Made by a program: the position numbers and the translations under genes
Notes under the pieces: generated by a model
Told to the model about the DNA's origin: nothing
Databases searched by the model: none
The model's input: the letters and a program-made list of their open reading frames with translations, nothing else
Part shown: piece after piece, positions 22,130 to 36,000 of the stretch
Numbering within the stretch: position 1 is the stretch's first letter
How the letters are laid out: every line of letters begins with the position of its first letter
NCBI GenBank assembly: GCA_963920595.1
Contig: OY986948.1
Span: forward strand, 4,960,001-5,024,000
DNA length: 64,000 nt
Direction of reading: 5' to 3'
DNA from: Eimeria praecox
Lineage: Eukaryota

Positions 22130-25100
22130 TGTGTCTAGTGGGTGTCTGGGAGGTGTTGTGGAGGGGAGAAGGGGCTGTCTAGGGTTTGGAGTTTGGGTAT
22201 TGTTGGGGATGGGGCAAGGCTGAGGGAAGTCGGCGTTTTGGTTTGAGGCGTCAACCATGTTGCGCCTGCGTGTGTGCGGGTTGTTCTAATTCAGGAGCCG
22301 GTGCGTGTTTGTCAACACGTGTGTACGCGTGTCTCTGTGAGGGCGTGGATATTGGGAGTGTGGTAGTTAGTAGAATGATGTGTATTTGCGTGGACGCTGC
22401 TGTGTGTCTAGTGGGTGTCTGGGAGGTGTTGTGGAGGGGAGAAGGGGCTGTCTAGGGTTTGGAGTTTGGGTATTGTTGGGGATGGGGCAAGGCAGAGGGA
22501 AGTCGGCGTTTTGGTTTGAGGCGTCAACCATGCCGCGCCTGCGTGTGTGCGGGTTGTTCTAATTCAGGAGCCGGTGCGTGTTTGTCAACACGTGTGTACA
22601 CGTGTCTCTGTGAAGGGCGTGGATATTGGGAGTGCGGTAGTTAGTAGAATGATGTGTATGTGCGTGGACGCTGCTGTGTGTCTAGTGGGTGTCTGGGAGG
22701 TGTTGTGGAGGGGAGAAGGGGTTGTGCAGTGTTTGGAGTTTGGGTATTGTTGGGGATGGGGCAAGGCAGATGGAAGTCAGCGCTTTGGTTTGAGGCCTCA
22801 GTCGTTCTGCGCCTGCGTGTGTGGGGGTTGTTCTAATTCAGGAGCCGGTGCGTGTTTGTCAACACGTGTGTACACGTGTCTCTGTGAGGGCGTGGATATT
22901 GGGAGTGTGGTAGTTAGTAGAATGATGTGTATTTGCGTGGACGCTGCTGTGTGTCTAGTGGGTGTCTGGGAGGTGTTGTGGAGGGGAGAAGGGGTTGTGC
23001 AACGTTTGGAGTTTGGGTATTGTAGGGGATGGGGCAAGGCAGAGGGAAGTCAGCATTTTGGTTTGAGGCGTCAACCTCGTTGCGCCTGCGTGTGTGGAGG
23101 TTGTTCTAATTCAGGAGCAGGTGCGTGTTTGTCAACACGTGTGTACACGTGTTCGTGTGGGGGCATGGAAATTGGGAGTGTGGTAGTTAGTAGAATGATG
23201 TGTATTTGAGTGGAGGCTGCTGTGTGTCTAGTGGGTGTCTGGGAGGTGTTGAGGAGGGGAGAAGGGGTTGTGCAGTGTTTGGAGTTTGGGTATTGTTGGG
23301 GATGGGGCAAGGCAGATGGAAGTCAGCGTTTTGGTTTGAGGCGTCAATCTCCTTGCCCCTGCGTGTGTGCGGGTTGTTCTAATTCAGGAGCAGGTGCATG
23401 TTTGTCAACACGTGTGTACACGTGTCCCTGTGAGGGCGTGGATATTGGGAGTGTGGTAGTTAGTAGAATGATGTGTATTTGAGTGGACGCTGCTGTGTGT
23501 CTAGTGGGTGTCTGGGAGGTGTTGTGGAGGGGAGAAGGGGCTGTCTAGGGTTTGGAGTTTGGGTATTGTTGGGGATGGGACAAGGCTGAGGGAAGTCGGC
23601 GTTTTGGTTTGAGGCGTCAACCATGTTGCGCCTGCGTGTGTGCGGGTTGTTCTAATTCAGGAGCCGGTGCGTGTTTGTCAACACGTGTGTACACGTGTCT
23701 CTGTGAAGGGCGTGGATATTGGGAGTGTGGTAGTTAGTAGAATGATGTGTATGTGCGTGGACGCTGCTGTGTGTCTAGTGGGTGTCTGGGAGGTGTTGTG
23801 GAGGGGAGAAGGGGTTGTGCAGTGTTTGGAGTTTGGGTATTGTTGGGGATGGGGCAAGGCAGATGGAAGTCAGCGTTTTGGTTTGAGGCCTCAGTCGTTC
23901 TGCGCCTGCGTGTGTGGGGGTTGTTCTAATTCAGGAGCCGGTGCGTGTTTGTCAACACGTGTGTACACGTGTTGCTGTGAGGGCCTGGATATTGGGAGTG
24001 TGGTAGTTAGTAGAATGATGTGTATTTGCGTGGACGCTGCTGTGTGTCTAGTGGGTGTCTGGGAGGTGTTGTGGAGGGGAGAAGGGGCTGTGCAACGTTT
24101 GGAGTTTGGGTATTGTTGGGGATGGGGCAAGGCTGAAAGAAGTCGGCGTTTTGGTTTGAGGCGCCAATCTCGTTGCGCCTGCGTGCGTGCGGGTTGTTCT
24201 AATTCAGGAGCAGGTGCATGTTTGTCAACACGTGTGTACACATGTCCCTGTGAAGGGCGTGGATATTGGGAGTGTGGTAGTTAGTAGAATGATGTGTATT
24301 TGCGTGGACGCTGCTGTGTGTCTAGTGGGTGTCTGGGAGGTGTTGTGGAGGGGAGAAGGGGCTGTCTAGGGTTTGGAGTTTGGGTATTGTTGGGGATGGG
24401 GCAAGGCTGAGGGAAGTCGGCGTTTTGGTTTGAGGCGTCAACCATGTTGCGCCTGCGTGTGTGCGGGTTGTTCTAATTCAGGAGCCGGTGCGTGTTTGTC
24501 AACACGTGTGTACGCGTGTCTCTGTGAGGGCGTGGATATTGGGAGTGTGGTAGTTAGTAGAATGATGTCTATTTGCGTGGACGCTGCTGTGTGTCTAGTG
24601 GGTGTCTGGGAGGTGTTGTGGGGGGGAGAAGGGGCTGTCTAGGGTTTGGAGTTTGGGTATTGTTGGGGATGGGGCAAGGCAGAGGGAAGTCGGCGTTTTG
24701 GTTTGAGGCGTCAACCATGTTGCGCCTGCGTGTGTGCGGGTTGTTCTAATTCAGGAGCAGGTGCGTGTTTGTCAACACGTGTGTACACGTGTCTCTGTGA
24801 AGGGCGTGGATATTGGGAGTGTGGTAGTTAGTAGAATGATGTGTATGTGCGTGGACGCTGCTGTGTGTCTAGTGGGTGTCTGGGAGGTGTTGTGGAGGGG
24901 AGAAGGGGTTGTGCAGTGTTTGGAGTTTGGGTATTGTTGGGGATGGGGCAAGGCAGATGGAAGTCAGCGTTTTGGTTTGAGGCCTCAGTCGTTCTGCGCC
25001 TGCGTGTGTGGGGGTTGTTCTAATTCAGGAGCCGGTGCGTGTTTGTCAACACGTGTGTACACGTGTCTCTGTGAGGGCGTGGATATTGGGAGTGTGGTAG

Positions 25101-25280
25101 TTAGTAGAATGATGTGTATTTGCGTGGACGCTGCTGTGTGTCTAGTGGGTGTCTGGGAGGTGTTGTGGAGGGGAGAAGGGGTTGTGCAACGTTTGGAGTT
25201 TGGGTATTGTAGGGGATGGGGCAAGGCAGAGGGAAGTCAGCATTTTGGTTTGAGGCGTCAACCTCGTTGCGCCTGCGTGT
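22130..25280 (+). repeat. Block duplication at 2187-bp offset (8 monomers)
   Basis: ORF pairs 22186/24373, 22459/24646, 22547/24734. The marker gtacgcgtgtc occurs at ~22323 and ~24510. Confidence 0.8.
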
Positions 25281-26349
25281 GTGGAGGCTGTTCTAATTCA
25301 GGAGCAAATGCGTGTTTGTCAACACGTGTGTACACGTGTTCGTGTGGGGGCATGGAAGATGGGAGTGTGGTAGTTAGTAGAATGATGTGTATTTGAGTGG
25401 ACGCTGCTGTGTGTCTAGTGGGTGTCTGGGAGGTGTTGTGGAGGGGAGAAGGGGCTGTCTAGGGTTTGGAGTTTGGGTATTGTTGGGGATGGGGCAAGGC
25501 TGAGGGAAGTCGGCGTTTTGGTTTGAGGCGTCAACCATGTTGCGCCTGCGTGTGTGCGGGTTGTTCTAATTCAGGAGCCGGTGCGTGTTTGTCAAGACGT
25601 GTGTACACGTGTCTCTGTGAAGGGCGTGGATATTGGGAGTGTGGTAGTTAGTAGAATGATGTGTATGTGCGTGGACGCTGCTGTGTGTCTAGTGGGTGTC
25701 TGGGAGGTGTTGTGGAGGGGAGAAGGGGTTGTGCAATGTTTGGAGTTTGGGTATTGTTGGGGATGGGGCAAGGCAGAGGGAAGTCAGCGTTTTGGTTTGA
25801 GGCGTCAATCTCCTTGCCCCTGCGTGTGTGCGGGTTGTTCTAATTCAGGAGCAGGTGCATGTTTGTCAAGACGTGTGTACACGTGTCCCTGTGAGGGCGT
25901 GGATATTGGGAGTGTGGTAGTTAGTAGAATGATGTGTATTTGAGTGGACGCTGCTGTGTGTCTAGTGGGTGTCTGGGAGGTGTTGTGGAGGGGAGAAGGG
26001 GCTGTCTAGGGTTTGGAGTTTGGGTATTGTTGGGGATGGGGCAAGGCAGATGGAAGTCAGCGCTTTGGTTTGAGGCCTCAGTCGTTCTGCGCCTGCGTGT
26101 GTGCGGGTTGTTCTAATTCAGGAGCCGGTGCGTGTTTGTCAACACGTGTGTACACGTGTTCCTGCGAGGGCGTGGATATTGGGAGTGTGGTAGTTAGTAG
26201 AATGATGTGTATTTGAGTGGACGCTGCTGTGTGTCTAGTGGGTGTCTGGGAGGTGTTGTGGAGGGGAGAAGGGGCTGTCTAGGGTTTGGAGTTTGGGTAT
26301 TGTTGGGGATGGGGCAAGGCTGAGGGAAGTCGGCGTTTTGGTTTGAGGC

Positions 26350-29300
26350 GTCAACCATGTTGCGCCTGCGTGTGTGCGGGTTGTTCTAATTCAGGAGCCG
26401 GTGCGTGTTTGTCAACACGTGTGTACACGTGTCTCTGTGAAGGGCGTGGATATTGGGAGTGTGGTAGTTAGTAGAATGATGTGTATGTGCGTGGACGCTG
26501 CTGTGTGTCTAGTGGGTGTCTGGGAGGTGTTGTGGAGGGGAGAAGGGGTTGTGCAGTGTTTGGAGTTTGGGTATTGTTGGGGATGGGGCAAGGCAGATGG
26601 AAGTCAGCGTTTTGGTTTGAGGCCTCAGTCGTTCTGCGCCTGCGTGTGTGGGGGTTGTTCTAATTCAGGAGCCGGTGCGTGTTTGTCAACACGTGTGTAC
26701 ACGTGTTGCTGTGAGGGCGTGGATATTGGGAGTGTGGTAGTTAGTAGAATGATGTGTATTTGCGTGGACGCTGCTGTGTGTCTAGTGGGTGTCTGGGAGG
26801 TGTTGTGGAGGGGAGAAGGGGCTGTCTAGGGTTTGGAGTTTGGGTATTGTTGGGGATGGGGCAAGGCTGAAAGAAGTCGGCGTTTTGGTTTGAGGCGCCA
26901 ATCTCGTTGCGCCTGCGTGTGTGCGGGTTGTTCTAATTCAGGAGCCGGTGCGTGTTTGTCAACACGTGTGTACACGTGTTCCTGTGAGGGCGTGGATATT
27001 GGGAGTGTGGTAGTTAGTAGAATGATGTGTATGTGCGTGGACGCTGCTGTGTGTCTAGTGGGTGTCTGGGAGGTGTTGTGGAGGGGAGAAGGGGCTGTCT
27101 AGGGTTTGGAGTTTGGGTATTGTTGGGGATGGGGCAAGGCAGATGGAAGTCAGCGTTTTGGTTTGAGGCGTCAATTTCGTCGCGCCTGCGTGCGTGCGGG
27201 TTGTTCTAATTCAGGAGCAGGTGCATGTTTGTCAACACGTGTGTACACGTGTCCCTGTGAAGGGCGTGGATATTGGGAGTGTGGTAGTTAGTAGAATGAT
27301 GTGTATGTGCGTGGACGCTGCTGTGTGTCTAGTGGGTGTCTGGGAGGTGTTGTGGAGGGGAGAAGGGGTTGTGCAGTGTTTGGAGTTTGGGTATTGTTGG
27401 GGATGGGGCAAGGCAGAGGGAAGTCAGCATTTTGGTTTGAGGCGTCAACCTCGTTGCGCCTGCGTGTGTGGAGGTTGTTCTAATTCAGGAGCAGGTGCGT
27501 GTTTGTCAAGACGTGTGTACACGTGTTCGTGTGGGGGCAAGGAAATTGGGAGTGTGGTAGTTAGTAGAATGATGTGTATTTGAGTGGAGGCTGCTGTGTG
27601 TCTAGTGGGTGTCTGGGAGGTGTTGTGGAGGGGAGAAGGGGCTGTGCAGCGTTTGGAGTTTGGGTATTGTTGGGGATGGGGCAAGGCTGAGGGAAGTCAG
27701 CATTTTGGTTTGAGGCCTCAGCCGTTCTGCGCCTGCGTGTGTGGAGGTTGTTCTAATTCAGGAGCAGGTGCGTGTTTGTCAACACGTGTGTACACGTGTT
27801 CGTGTGGGGGCATGGAAATTGGGCGTGTGGTAGTTAGTAGAATGATGTGTATTTGAGTGGACGCTGTTGTGTGTCTAGTGGGTGTCTGGGAGGTGTTGTG
27901 GAGGGGAGAAGGGGCTGTCTAGGGTTTGGAGTTTGGGTATTGTTGGGGATGGGGCAAGGCTGAGGGAAGTCGGCGTTTTGGTTTGAGGCGTCAACCATGT
28001 TGCGCCTGCGTGTGTGCGGGTTGTTCTAATTCAGGAGCCGGTGCGTGTTTGTCAAGACGTGTGTACACGTGTCTCTGTGAAGGGCGTGGATATTGGGAGT
28101 GTGGTAGTTAGTAGAATGATGTGTATGTGCGTGGACGCTGCTGTGTGTCTAGTGGGTGTCTGGGAGGTGTTGTGGAGGGGAGAAGGGGTTGTGCAATGTT
28201 TGGAGTTTGGGTATTGTTGGGGATGGGGCAAGGCAGATGGAAGTCAGCGCTTTGGTTTGAGGCCTCAGTCGTTCTGCGCCTGCGTGTGTGGGGGTTGTTC
28301 TAATTCAGGAGCCGGTGCGTGTTTGTCAACACGTGTGTACACGTGTCTCTGTGAGGGCGTGGATATTGGGAGTGTGGTAGTTAGTAGAATGATGTGTATT
28401 TGCGTGGACGCTGCTGTGTGTCTAGTGGGTGTCTGGGAGGTGTTGTGGAGGGGAGAAGGGGTTGTGCAACGTTTGGAGTTTGGGTATTGTTGGGGATGGG
28501 GCAAGGCAGAGGGAAGTCAGCATTTTGGTTTGAGGCGTCAACCTCGTTGCGCCTGCGTGTGTGGAGGCTGTTCTAATTCAGGAGCAAATGCGTGTTTGTC
28601 AACACGTGTGTACACGTGTTCGTGTGGGGGCATGGAAGATGGGAGTGTGGTAGTTAGTAGAATGATGTGTATTTGAGTGGACGCTGCTGTGTGTCTAGTG
28701 GGTGTCTGGGAGGTGTTGTGGAGGGGAGAAGGGGCTGTCTAGGGTTTGGAGTTTGGGTATTGTTGGGGATGGGGCAAGGCTGAGGGAAGTCAGCGTTTTG
28801 GTTTGAGGCGTCAACCATGTTGCGCCTGCGTGTGTGCGGGTTGTTCTAATTCAGGAGCCGGTGCGTGTTTGTCAAGACGTGTGTACACGTGTCCCTGTGA
28901 AGGGCGTGGATATTGGGAGTGTGGTAGTTAGTAGAATGATGTGTATTTGAGTGGACGCTGTTGTGTGTCTAGTGGGTGTCTGGGAGGTGTTGTGGAGGGG
29001 AGAAGGGGCTGTCTAGGGTTTGGAGTTTGGGTATTGTTGGGGATGGGGCAAGGCAGAGGGAAGTCGGCGTTTTGGTTTGAGGCGTCAATCGCTCTGCGCC
29101 TTCGTGTGTGCGGGTTGTTCTAATTCAGGAGCCGGTGCGTGTTTGTCAACACGTGTGTACACGTGTCTCTGTGAAGGGCGTGGATATTGGGAGTGTGGTA
29201 GTTAGTAGAATGATGTGTATGTGCGTGGACGCTGCTGTGTGTCTAGTGGGTGTCAGGGAGGTGTTGTGGAGGGGAGAAGGGGTTGTGCAGTGTTTGGAGT

Positions 29301-30170
29301 TTGGGTATTGTTGGGGATGGGGCAAGGCAGATGGAAGTCAGCGTTTTGGTTTGAGGCCTCAGTCGTTCTGCGCCTGCGTGTGTGGGGGTTGTTCTAATTC
29401 AGGAGCCGGTGCGTGTTTGTCAACACGTGTGTACACGTGTTGCTGTGTGGGCGTGGATATTGGGAGTGTGGTAGTTAGTAGAATGATGTGTATTTGCGTG
29501 GACGCTGCTGTGTGTCTAGTGGGTGTCTGGGAGGTGTTGTGGAGGGGAGAAGGGGCTGTCTAGGGTTTGGAGTTTGGGTATTGTTGGGGATGGGGCAAGG
29601 CTGAAAGAAGTCGGCGTTTTGGTTTGAGGCGCCAATCTCGTTGCGCCTGCGTGTGTGCGGGTTGTTCTAATTCAGGAGCCGGTGCGTGTTTGTCAACACG
29701 TGTGTACACGTGTTCCTGTGAGGGCGTGGATATTGGGAGTGTGGTAGTTAGTAGAATGATGTGTATGTGCGTGGACGCTGCTGTGTGTCTAGTGGGTGTC
29801 TGGGAGGTGTTGTGGAGGGGAGAAGGGGCTGTCTAGGGTTTGGAGTTTGGGTATTGTTGGGGATGGGGCAAGGCAGATGGAAGTCAGCGTTTTGGTTTGA
29901 GGCGTCAATTTCGTCGCGCCTGCGTGCGTGCGGGTTGTTCTAATTCAGGAGCAGGTGCATGTTTGTCAACACGTGTGTACACGTGTCCCTGTGAAGGGCG
30001 TGGATATTGGGAGTGTGGTAGTTAGTAGAATGATGTGTATGTGCGTGGACGCTGCTGTGTGTCTAGTGGGTGTCTGGGAGGTGTTGTGGAGGGGAGAAGG
30101 GGTTGTGCAGTGTTTGGAGTTTGGGTATTGTTGGGGATGGGGCAAGGCAGAGGGAAGTCAGCATTTTGGT
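26350..30170 (+). repeat. Block duplication at 2734-bp offset (10 monomers)
   Basis: ORF pairs 26374/29108, 26833/29567, 27106/29840, 27194/29928. Confidence 0.8.
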
Positions 30171-32670
30171 TTGAGGCCTCAGCCGTTCTGCGACTGCGTG
30201 TGTGGAGGTTGTTCTAATTCAGGAGCAGGTGCGTGTTTGTCAACACGTGTGTACACGTGTTCGTGTGGGGGCATGGAAATTGGGCGTGTGGTAGTTAGTA
30301 GAATGATGTGTATTTGAGTGGACGCTGTTGTGTGTCTAGTGGGTGTCTGGGAGGTGTTGTGGAGGGGAGAAGGGGCTGTCTAGGGTTTGGAGTTTGGGTA
30401 TTGTTGGGGATGGGGCAAGGCTGAGGGAAGTCGGCGTTTTGGTTTGAGGCGTCAACCATGTTGCGCCTGCGTGTGTGCGGGTTGTTCTAATTCAGGAGCC
30501 GGTGCGTGTTTGTCAAGACGTGTGTACACGTGTCTCTGTGAAGGGCGTGGATATTGGGAGTGTGGTAGTTAGTAGAATGATGTGTATGTGCGTGGACGCT
30601 GCTGTGTGTCTAGTGGGTGTCTGGGAGGTGTTGTGGAGGGGAGAAGGGGTTGTGCAATGTTTGGAGTTTGGGTATTGTTGGGGATGGGGCAAGGCAGATG
30701 GAAGTCAGCGCTTTGGTTTGAGGCCTCAGTCGTTCTGCGCCTGCGTGTGTGGGGGTTGTTCTAATTCAGGAGCCGGTGCGTGTTTGTCAACACGTGTGTA
30801 CACGTGTCTCTGTGAGGGCGTGGATATTGGGAGTGTGGTAGTTAGTAGAATGATGTGTATTTGCGTGGACGCTGCTGTGTGTCTAGTGGGTGTCTGGGAG
30901 GTGTTGTGGAGGGGAGAAGGGGTTGTGCAACGTTTGGAGTTTGGGTATTGTTGGGGATGGGGCAAGGCAGAGGGAAGTCAGCGTTTTGGTTTGAGGCGTC
31001 AATTTCGTCGCGCCTGCGTGTGTGGGGGTTGTTCTAATTCAGGAGCAGGTGCATGTTTGTCAACACGTGTGTACACGTGTCCCTGTGAAGGGCGTGGATA
31101 TTGGGAGTGTGGTAGTTAGTAGAATGATGTGTATGTGCGTGGACGCTGCTGTGTGTCTAGTGGGTGTCTGGGAGGTGTTGTGGAGGGGAGAAGGGGTTGT
31201 GCAGTGTTTGGAGTTTGGGTATTGTTGGGGATGGGGCAAGGCAGAGGGAAGTCAGCATTTTGGTTTGAGGCGTCAACCTCGTTGCGCCTGCGTGTGTGGA
31301 GGTTGTTCTAATTCAGGAGCAGGTGCGTGTTTGTCAAGACGTGTGTACACGTGTTCGTGTGGGGGCATGGAAATTGGGAGTGTGGTAGTTAGTAGAATGA
31401 TGTGTATTTGAGTGGAGGCTGCTGTGTGTCTAGTGGGTGTCTGGGAGGTGTTGTGGAGGGGAGAAGGGGTTGTGCAGCGTTTGGAGTTTGGGTATTGTTG
31501 GGGATGGGGCAAGGCTGAGGGAAGTCAGCATTTTGGTTTGAGGCCTCAGCCGTTCTGCGACTGCGTGTGTGGAGGTTGTTCTAATTCAGGAGCAGGTGCG
31601 TGTTTGTCAACACGTGTGTACACGTGTTCGTGTGGGGGCATGGAAATTGGGCGTGTGGTAGTTAGTAGAATGATGTGTATTTGAGTGGACGCTGTTGTGT
31701 GTCTAGTGGGTGTCTGGGAGGTGTTGTGGAGGGGAGAAGGGGCTGTCTAGGGTTTGGAGTTTGGGTATTGTTGGGGATGGGGCAAGGCTGAGGGAAGTCG
31801 GCGTTTTGGTTTGAGGCGTCAACCATGTTGCGCCTGCGTGTGTGCGGGTTGTTCTAATTCAGGAGCCGGTGCGTGTTTGTCAAGACGTGTGTACACGTGT
31901 CTCTGTGAAGGGCGTGGATATTGGGAGTGTGGTAGTTAGTAGAATGATGTGTATGTGCGTGGACGCTGCTGTGTGTCTAGTGGGTGTCTGGGAGGTGTTG
32001 TGGAGGGGAGAAGGGGTTGTGCAATGTTTGGAGTTTGGGTATTGTTGGGGATGGGGCAAGGCAGATGGAAGTCAGCGCTTTGGTTTGAGGCCTCAGTCGT
32101 TCTGCGCCTGCGTGTGTGGGGGTTGTTCTAATTCAGGAGCCGGTGCGTGTTTGTCAACACGTGTGTACACGTGTCTCTGTGAGGGCGTGGATATTGGGAG
32201 TGTGGTAGTTAGTAGAATGATGTGTATTTGCGTGGACGCTGCTGTGTGTCTAGTGGGTGTCTGGGAGGTGTTGTGGAGGGGAGAAGGGGTTGTGCAACGT
32301 TTGGAGTTTGGGTATTGTTGGGGATGGGGCAAGGCAGAGGGAAGTCAGCGTTTTGGTTTGAGGCGTCAATTTCGTCGCGCCTGCGTGTGTGGGGGTTGTT
32401 CTAATTCAGGAGCAGGTGCATGTTTGTCAACACGTGTGTACACGTGTCCCTGTGAAGGGCGTGGATATTGGGAGTGTGGTAGTTAGTAGAATGATGTGTA
32501 TGTGCGTGGACGCTGCTGTGTGTCTAGTGGGTGTCTGGGAGGTGTTGTGGAGGGGAGAAGGGGTTGTGCAGTGTTTGGAGTTTGGGTATTGTTGGGGATG
32601 GGGCAAGGCAGAGGGAAGTCAGCATTTTGGTTTGAGGCGTCAACCTCGTTGCGCCTGCGTGTGTGGAGGC
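30160..32670 (+). repeat. Local higher-order repeat, 5 monomers (1367 bp), ~2 copies
   Basis: ORFs 30475..31119 and 31842..32486 are identical. Further pairs: 30387/31754, 31022/32389. Confidence 0.88.
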
Positions 32671-33051
32671 TGTTCTAATTCAGGAGCAAGTGCGTGTTTG
32701 TCAACACGTGTGTACACGTGTTCGTGTGGGGGCATGGAAGATGGGAGTGTGGTAGTTAGTAGAATGATGTGTATTTGAGTGGACGCTGCTGTGTGTCTAG
32801 TGGGTGTCTGGGAGGTGTTGTGGAGGGGAGAAGGGGCTGTCTAGGGTTTGGAGTTTGGGTATTGTTGGGGATGGGGCAAGGCTGAGGGAATTCAGCGTTT
32901 TGGTTTGAGGCGTCAACCATGTTGCGCCTGCGTGTGTGCGGGTTGTTCTAATTCAGGAGCCGGTGCGTGTTTGTCAAGACGTGTGTACACGTGTCTCTGT
33001 GAAGGGCGTGGATATTGGGAGTGTGGTAGTTAGTAGAATGATGTGTATTTG

Positions 33052-36000
33052 AGTGGACGCTGTTGTGTGTCTAGTGGGTGTCTGGGAGGTGTTGTGGAGG
33101 GGAGAAGGGGCTGTCTAGGGTTTGGAGTTTGGGTATTGTTGGGGATGGGGCAAGGCAGAGGGAAGTCGGCGTTTTGGTTTGAGGCGTCAATCGCTCTGCG
33201 CCTTCGTGTGTGCGGGTTGTTCTAATTCAGGAGCCGGTGCGTGTTTGTCAACACGTGTGTACACGTGTCTCTGTGAAGGGCGTGGATATTGGGAGTGTGG
33301 TAGTTAGTAGAATGATGTGTATGTGCGTGGACGCTGCTGTGTGTCTAGTGGGTGTCTGGGAGGTGTTGTGGAGGGGAGAAGGGGTTGTGCAGTGTTTGGA
33401 GTTTGGGTATTGTTGGGGATGGGGCAAGGCAGATGGAAGTCAGCGTTTTGGTTTGAGGCCTCAGTCGTTCTGCGCCTGCGTGTGTGGGGGTTGTTCTAAT
33501 TCAGGAGCCGGTGCGTGTTTGTCAACACGTGTGTACACGTGTTGCTGTGAGGGCGTGGATATTGGGAGTGTGGTAGTTAGTAGAATGATGTGTATTTGCG
33601 TGGACGCTGCTGTGTGTCTAGTGGGTGTCTGGGAGGTGTTGTGGAGGGGAGAAGGGGCTGTCTAGGGTTTGGAGTTTGGGTATTGTTGGGGATGGGGCAA
33701 GGCTGAAAGAAGTCGGCGTTTTGGTTTGAGGCGCCAATCTCGTTGCGCCTGCGTGTGTGCGGGTTGTTCTAATTCAGGAGCCGGTGCGTGTTTGTCAACA
33801 CGTGTGTACACGTGTTCCTGTGAGGGCGTGGATATTGGGAGTGTGGTAGTTAGTAGAATGATGTGTATGTGCGTGGACGCTGCTGTGTGTCTAGTGGGTG
33901 TCTGGGAGGTGTTGTGGAGGGGAGAAGGGGCTGTCTAGGGTTTGGAGTTTGGGTATTGTTGGGGATGGGGCAAGGCAGATGGAAGTCAGCGTTTTGGTTT
34001 GAGGCGTCAATTTCGTCGCGCCTGCGTGTGTGGGGGTTGTTCTAATTCAGGAGCAGGTGCATGTTTGTCAACACGCGTGTAGACGTGTCCCTGTGAAGGG
34101 CGTGGATATTGGGAGTGTGGTAGTTAGTAGAATGATGTGTATGTGCGTGGACGCTGCTGTGTGTCTAGTGGGTGTCTGGGAGGTGTTGTGGAGGGGAGAA
34201 GGGGTTGTGCAGTGTTTGGAGTTTGGGTATTGTTGGGGATGGGGCAAGGCAGAGGGAAGTCAGCATTTTGGTTTGAGGCGTCAACCTCGTTGCGCCTGCG
34301 TGTGTGGAGGTTGTTCTAATTCAGGAGCAGGTGCGTGTTTGTCAAGACGTGTGTACACGTGTTCGTGTGGGGGCATGGAAAATGGGAGTGTGGTAGTTAG
34401 TAGAATGATGTGTATTTGAGTGGAGGCTGCTGTGTGTCTAGTGGGTGTCTGGGAGGTGTTGTGGAGGGGAGAAGGGGTTGTGCAGCGTTTGGAGTTTGGG
34501 TATTGTTGGGGATGGGGCAAGGCTGAGGGAAGTCAGCATTTTGGTTTGAGGCCTCAGCCGTTCTGCGACTGCGTGTGTGGAGGTTGTTCTAATTCAGGAG
34601 CAGGTGCGTGTTTGTCAACACGTGTGTACACGTGTTCGTGTGGGGGCATGGAAATTGGGCGTGTGGTAGTTAGTAGAATGATGTGTATTTGAGTGGACGC
34701 TGTTGTGTGTCTAGTGGGTGTCTGGGAGGTGTTGTGGAGGGGAGAAGGGGCTGTCTAGGGTTTGGAGTTTGGGTATTGTTGGGGATGGGGCAAGGCTGAG
34801 GGAAGTCGGCGTTTTGGTTTGAGGCGCCAATCTCGTTGCGCCTGCGTGTGTGCGGGTTGTTCTAATTCAGGAGCCGGTGCGTGTTTGTCATGACGTGTGT
34901 ACACGTGTCTCTGTGAGGGCGTGGATATTGGGAGTGTGGTAGTTAGTAGAATGATGTGTATTTGAGTGGACGCTGCTGTGTGTCTAGTGGGTGTCTGGGA
35001 GGTGTTGTGGAGGGGAGAAGGGGTTGTGCAATGTTTGGAGTTTGGGTATTGTTGGGGATGGGGCAAGGCAGATGGAAGTCAGCGTTTTGGTTTGAGGCCT
35101 CAGTCGTTCTGCGCCTGCGTGTGTGGGGGTTGTTCTAATTCAGGAGCCGGTGCGTGTTTGTCAACACGTGTGTACACGTGTCTCTGTGAGGGCGTGGATA
35201 TTGGGAGTGTGGTAGTTAGTAGAATGATGTGTATTTGCGTGGACGCTGCTGTGTGTCTAGTGGGTGTCTGGGAGGTGTTGTGGAGGGGAGAAGGGGTTGT
35301 GCAACGTTTGGAGTTTGGGTATTGTTGGGGATGGGGCAAGGCAGAGGGAAGTCAGCGTTTTGGTTTGAGGCCTCAGTCGTTCTGCGCCTGCGTGTGTGGG
35401 GGTTGTTCTAATTCAGGAGCCGGTGCGTGTTTGTCAAGACGTGTGTACACGTGTCTCTGTGAGGGCGTGGATATTGGGAGTGTGGTAGTTAGTAGAATGA
35501 TGTGTATTTGAGTGGACGCTGTTGTGTGTCTAGTGGGTGTCTGGGAGGTGTTGTGGAGGGGAGAAGGGGCTGTCTAGGGTTTGGAGTTTGGGTATTGTTG
35601 GGGATGGGGCAAGGCAGAGGGAAGTCGGCGTTTTGGTTTGAGGCGTCAATCGCTCTGCGCCTTCGTGTGTGCGGGTTGTTCTAATTCAGGAGCCGGTGCG
35701 TGTTTGTCAACACGTGTGTACACGTGTCTCTGTGAAGGGCGTGGATATTGGGAGTGTGGTAGTTAGTAGAATGATGTGTATGTGCGTGGACGCTGCTGTG
35801 TGTCTAGTGGGTGTCTGGGAGGTGTTGTGGAGGGGAGAAGGGGTTGTGCAGTGTTTGGAGTTTGGGTATTGTTGGGGATGGGGCAAGGCAGATGGAAGTC
35901 AGCGTTTTGGTTTGAGGCCTCAGTCGTTCTGCGCCTGCGTGTGTGGGGGTTGTTCTAATTCAGGAGCCGGTGCGTGTTTGTCAACACGTGTGTACACGTG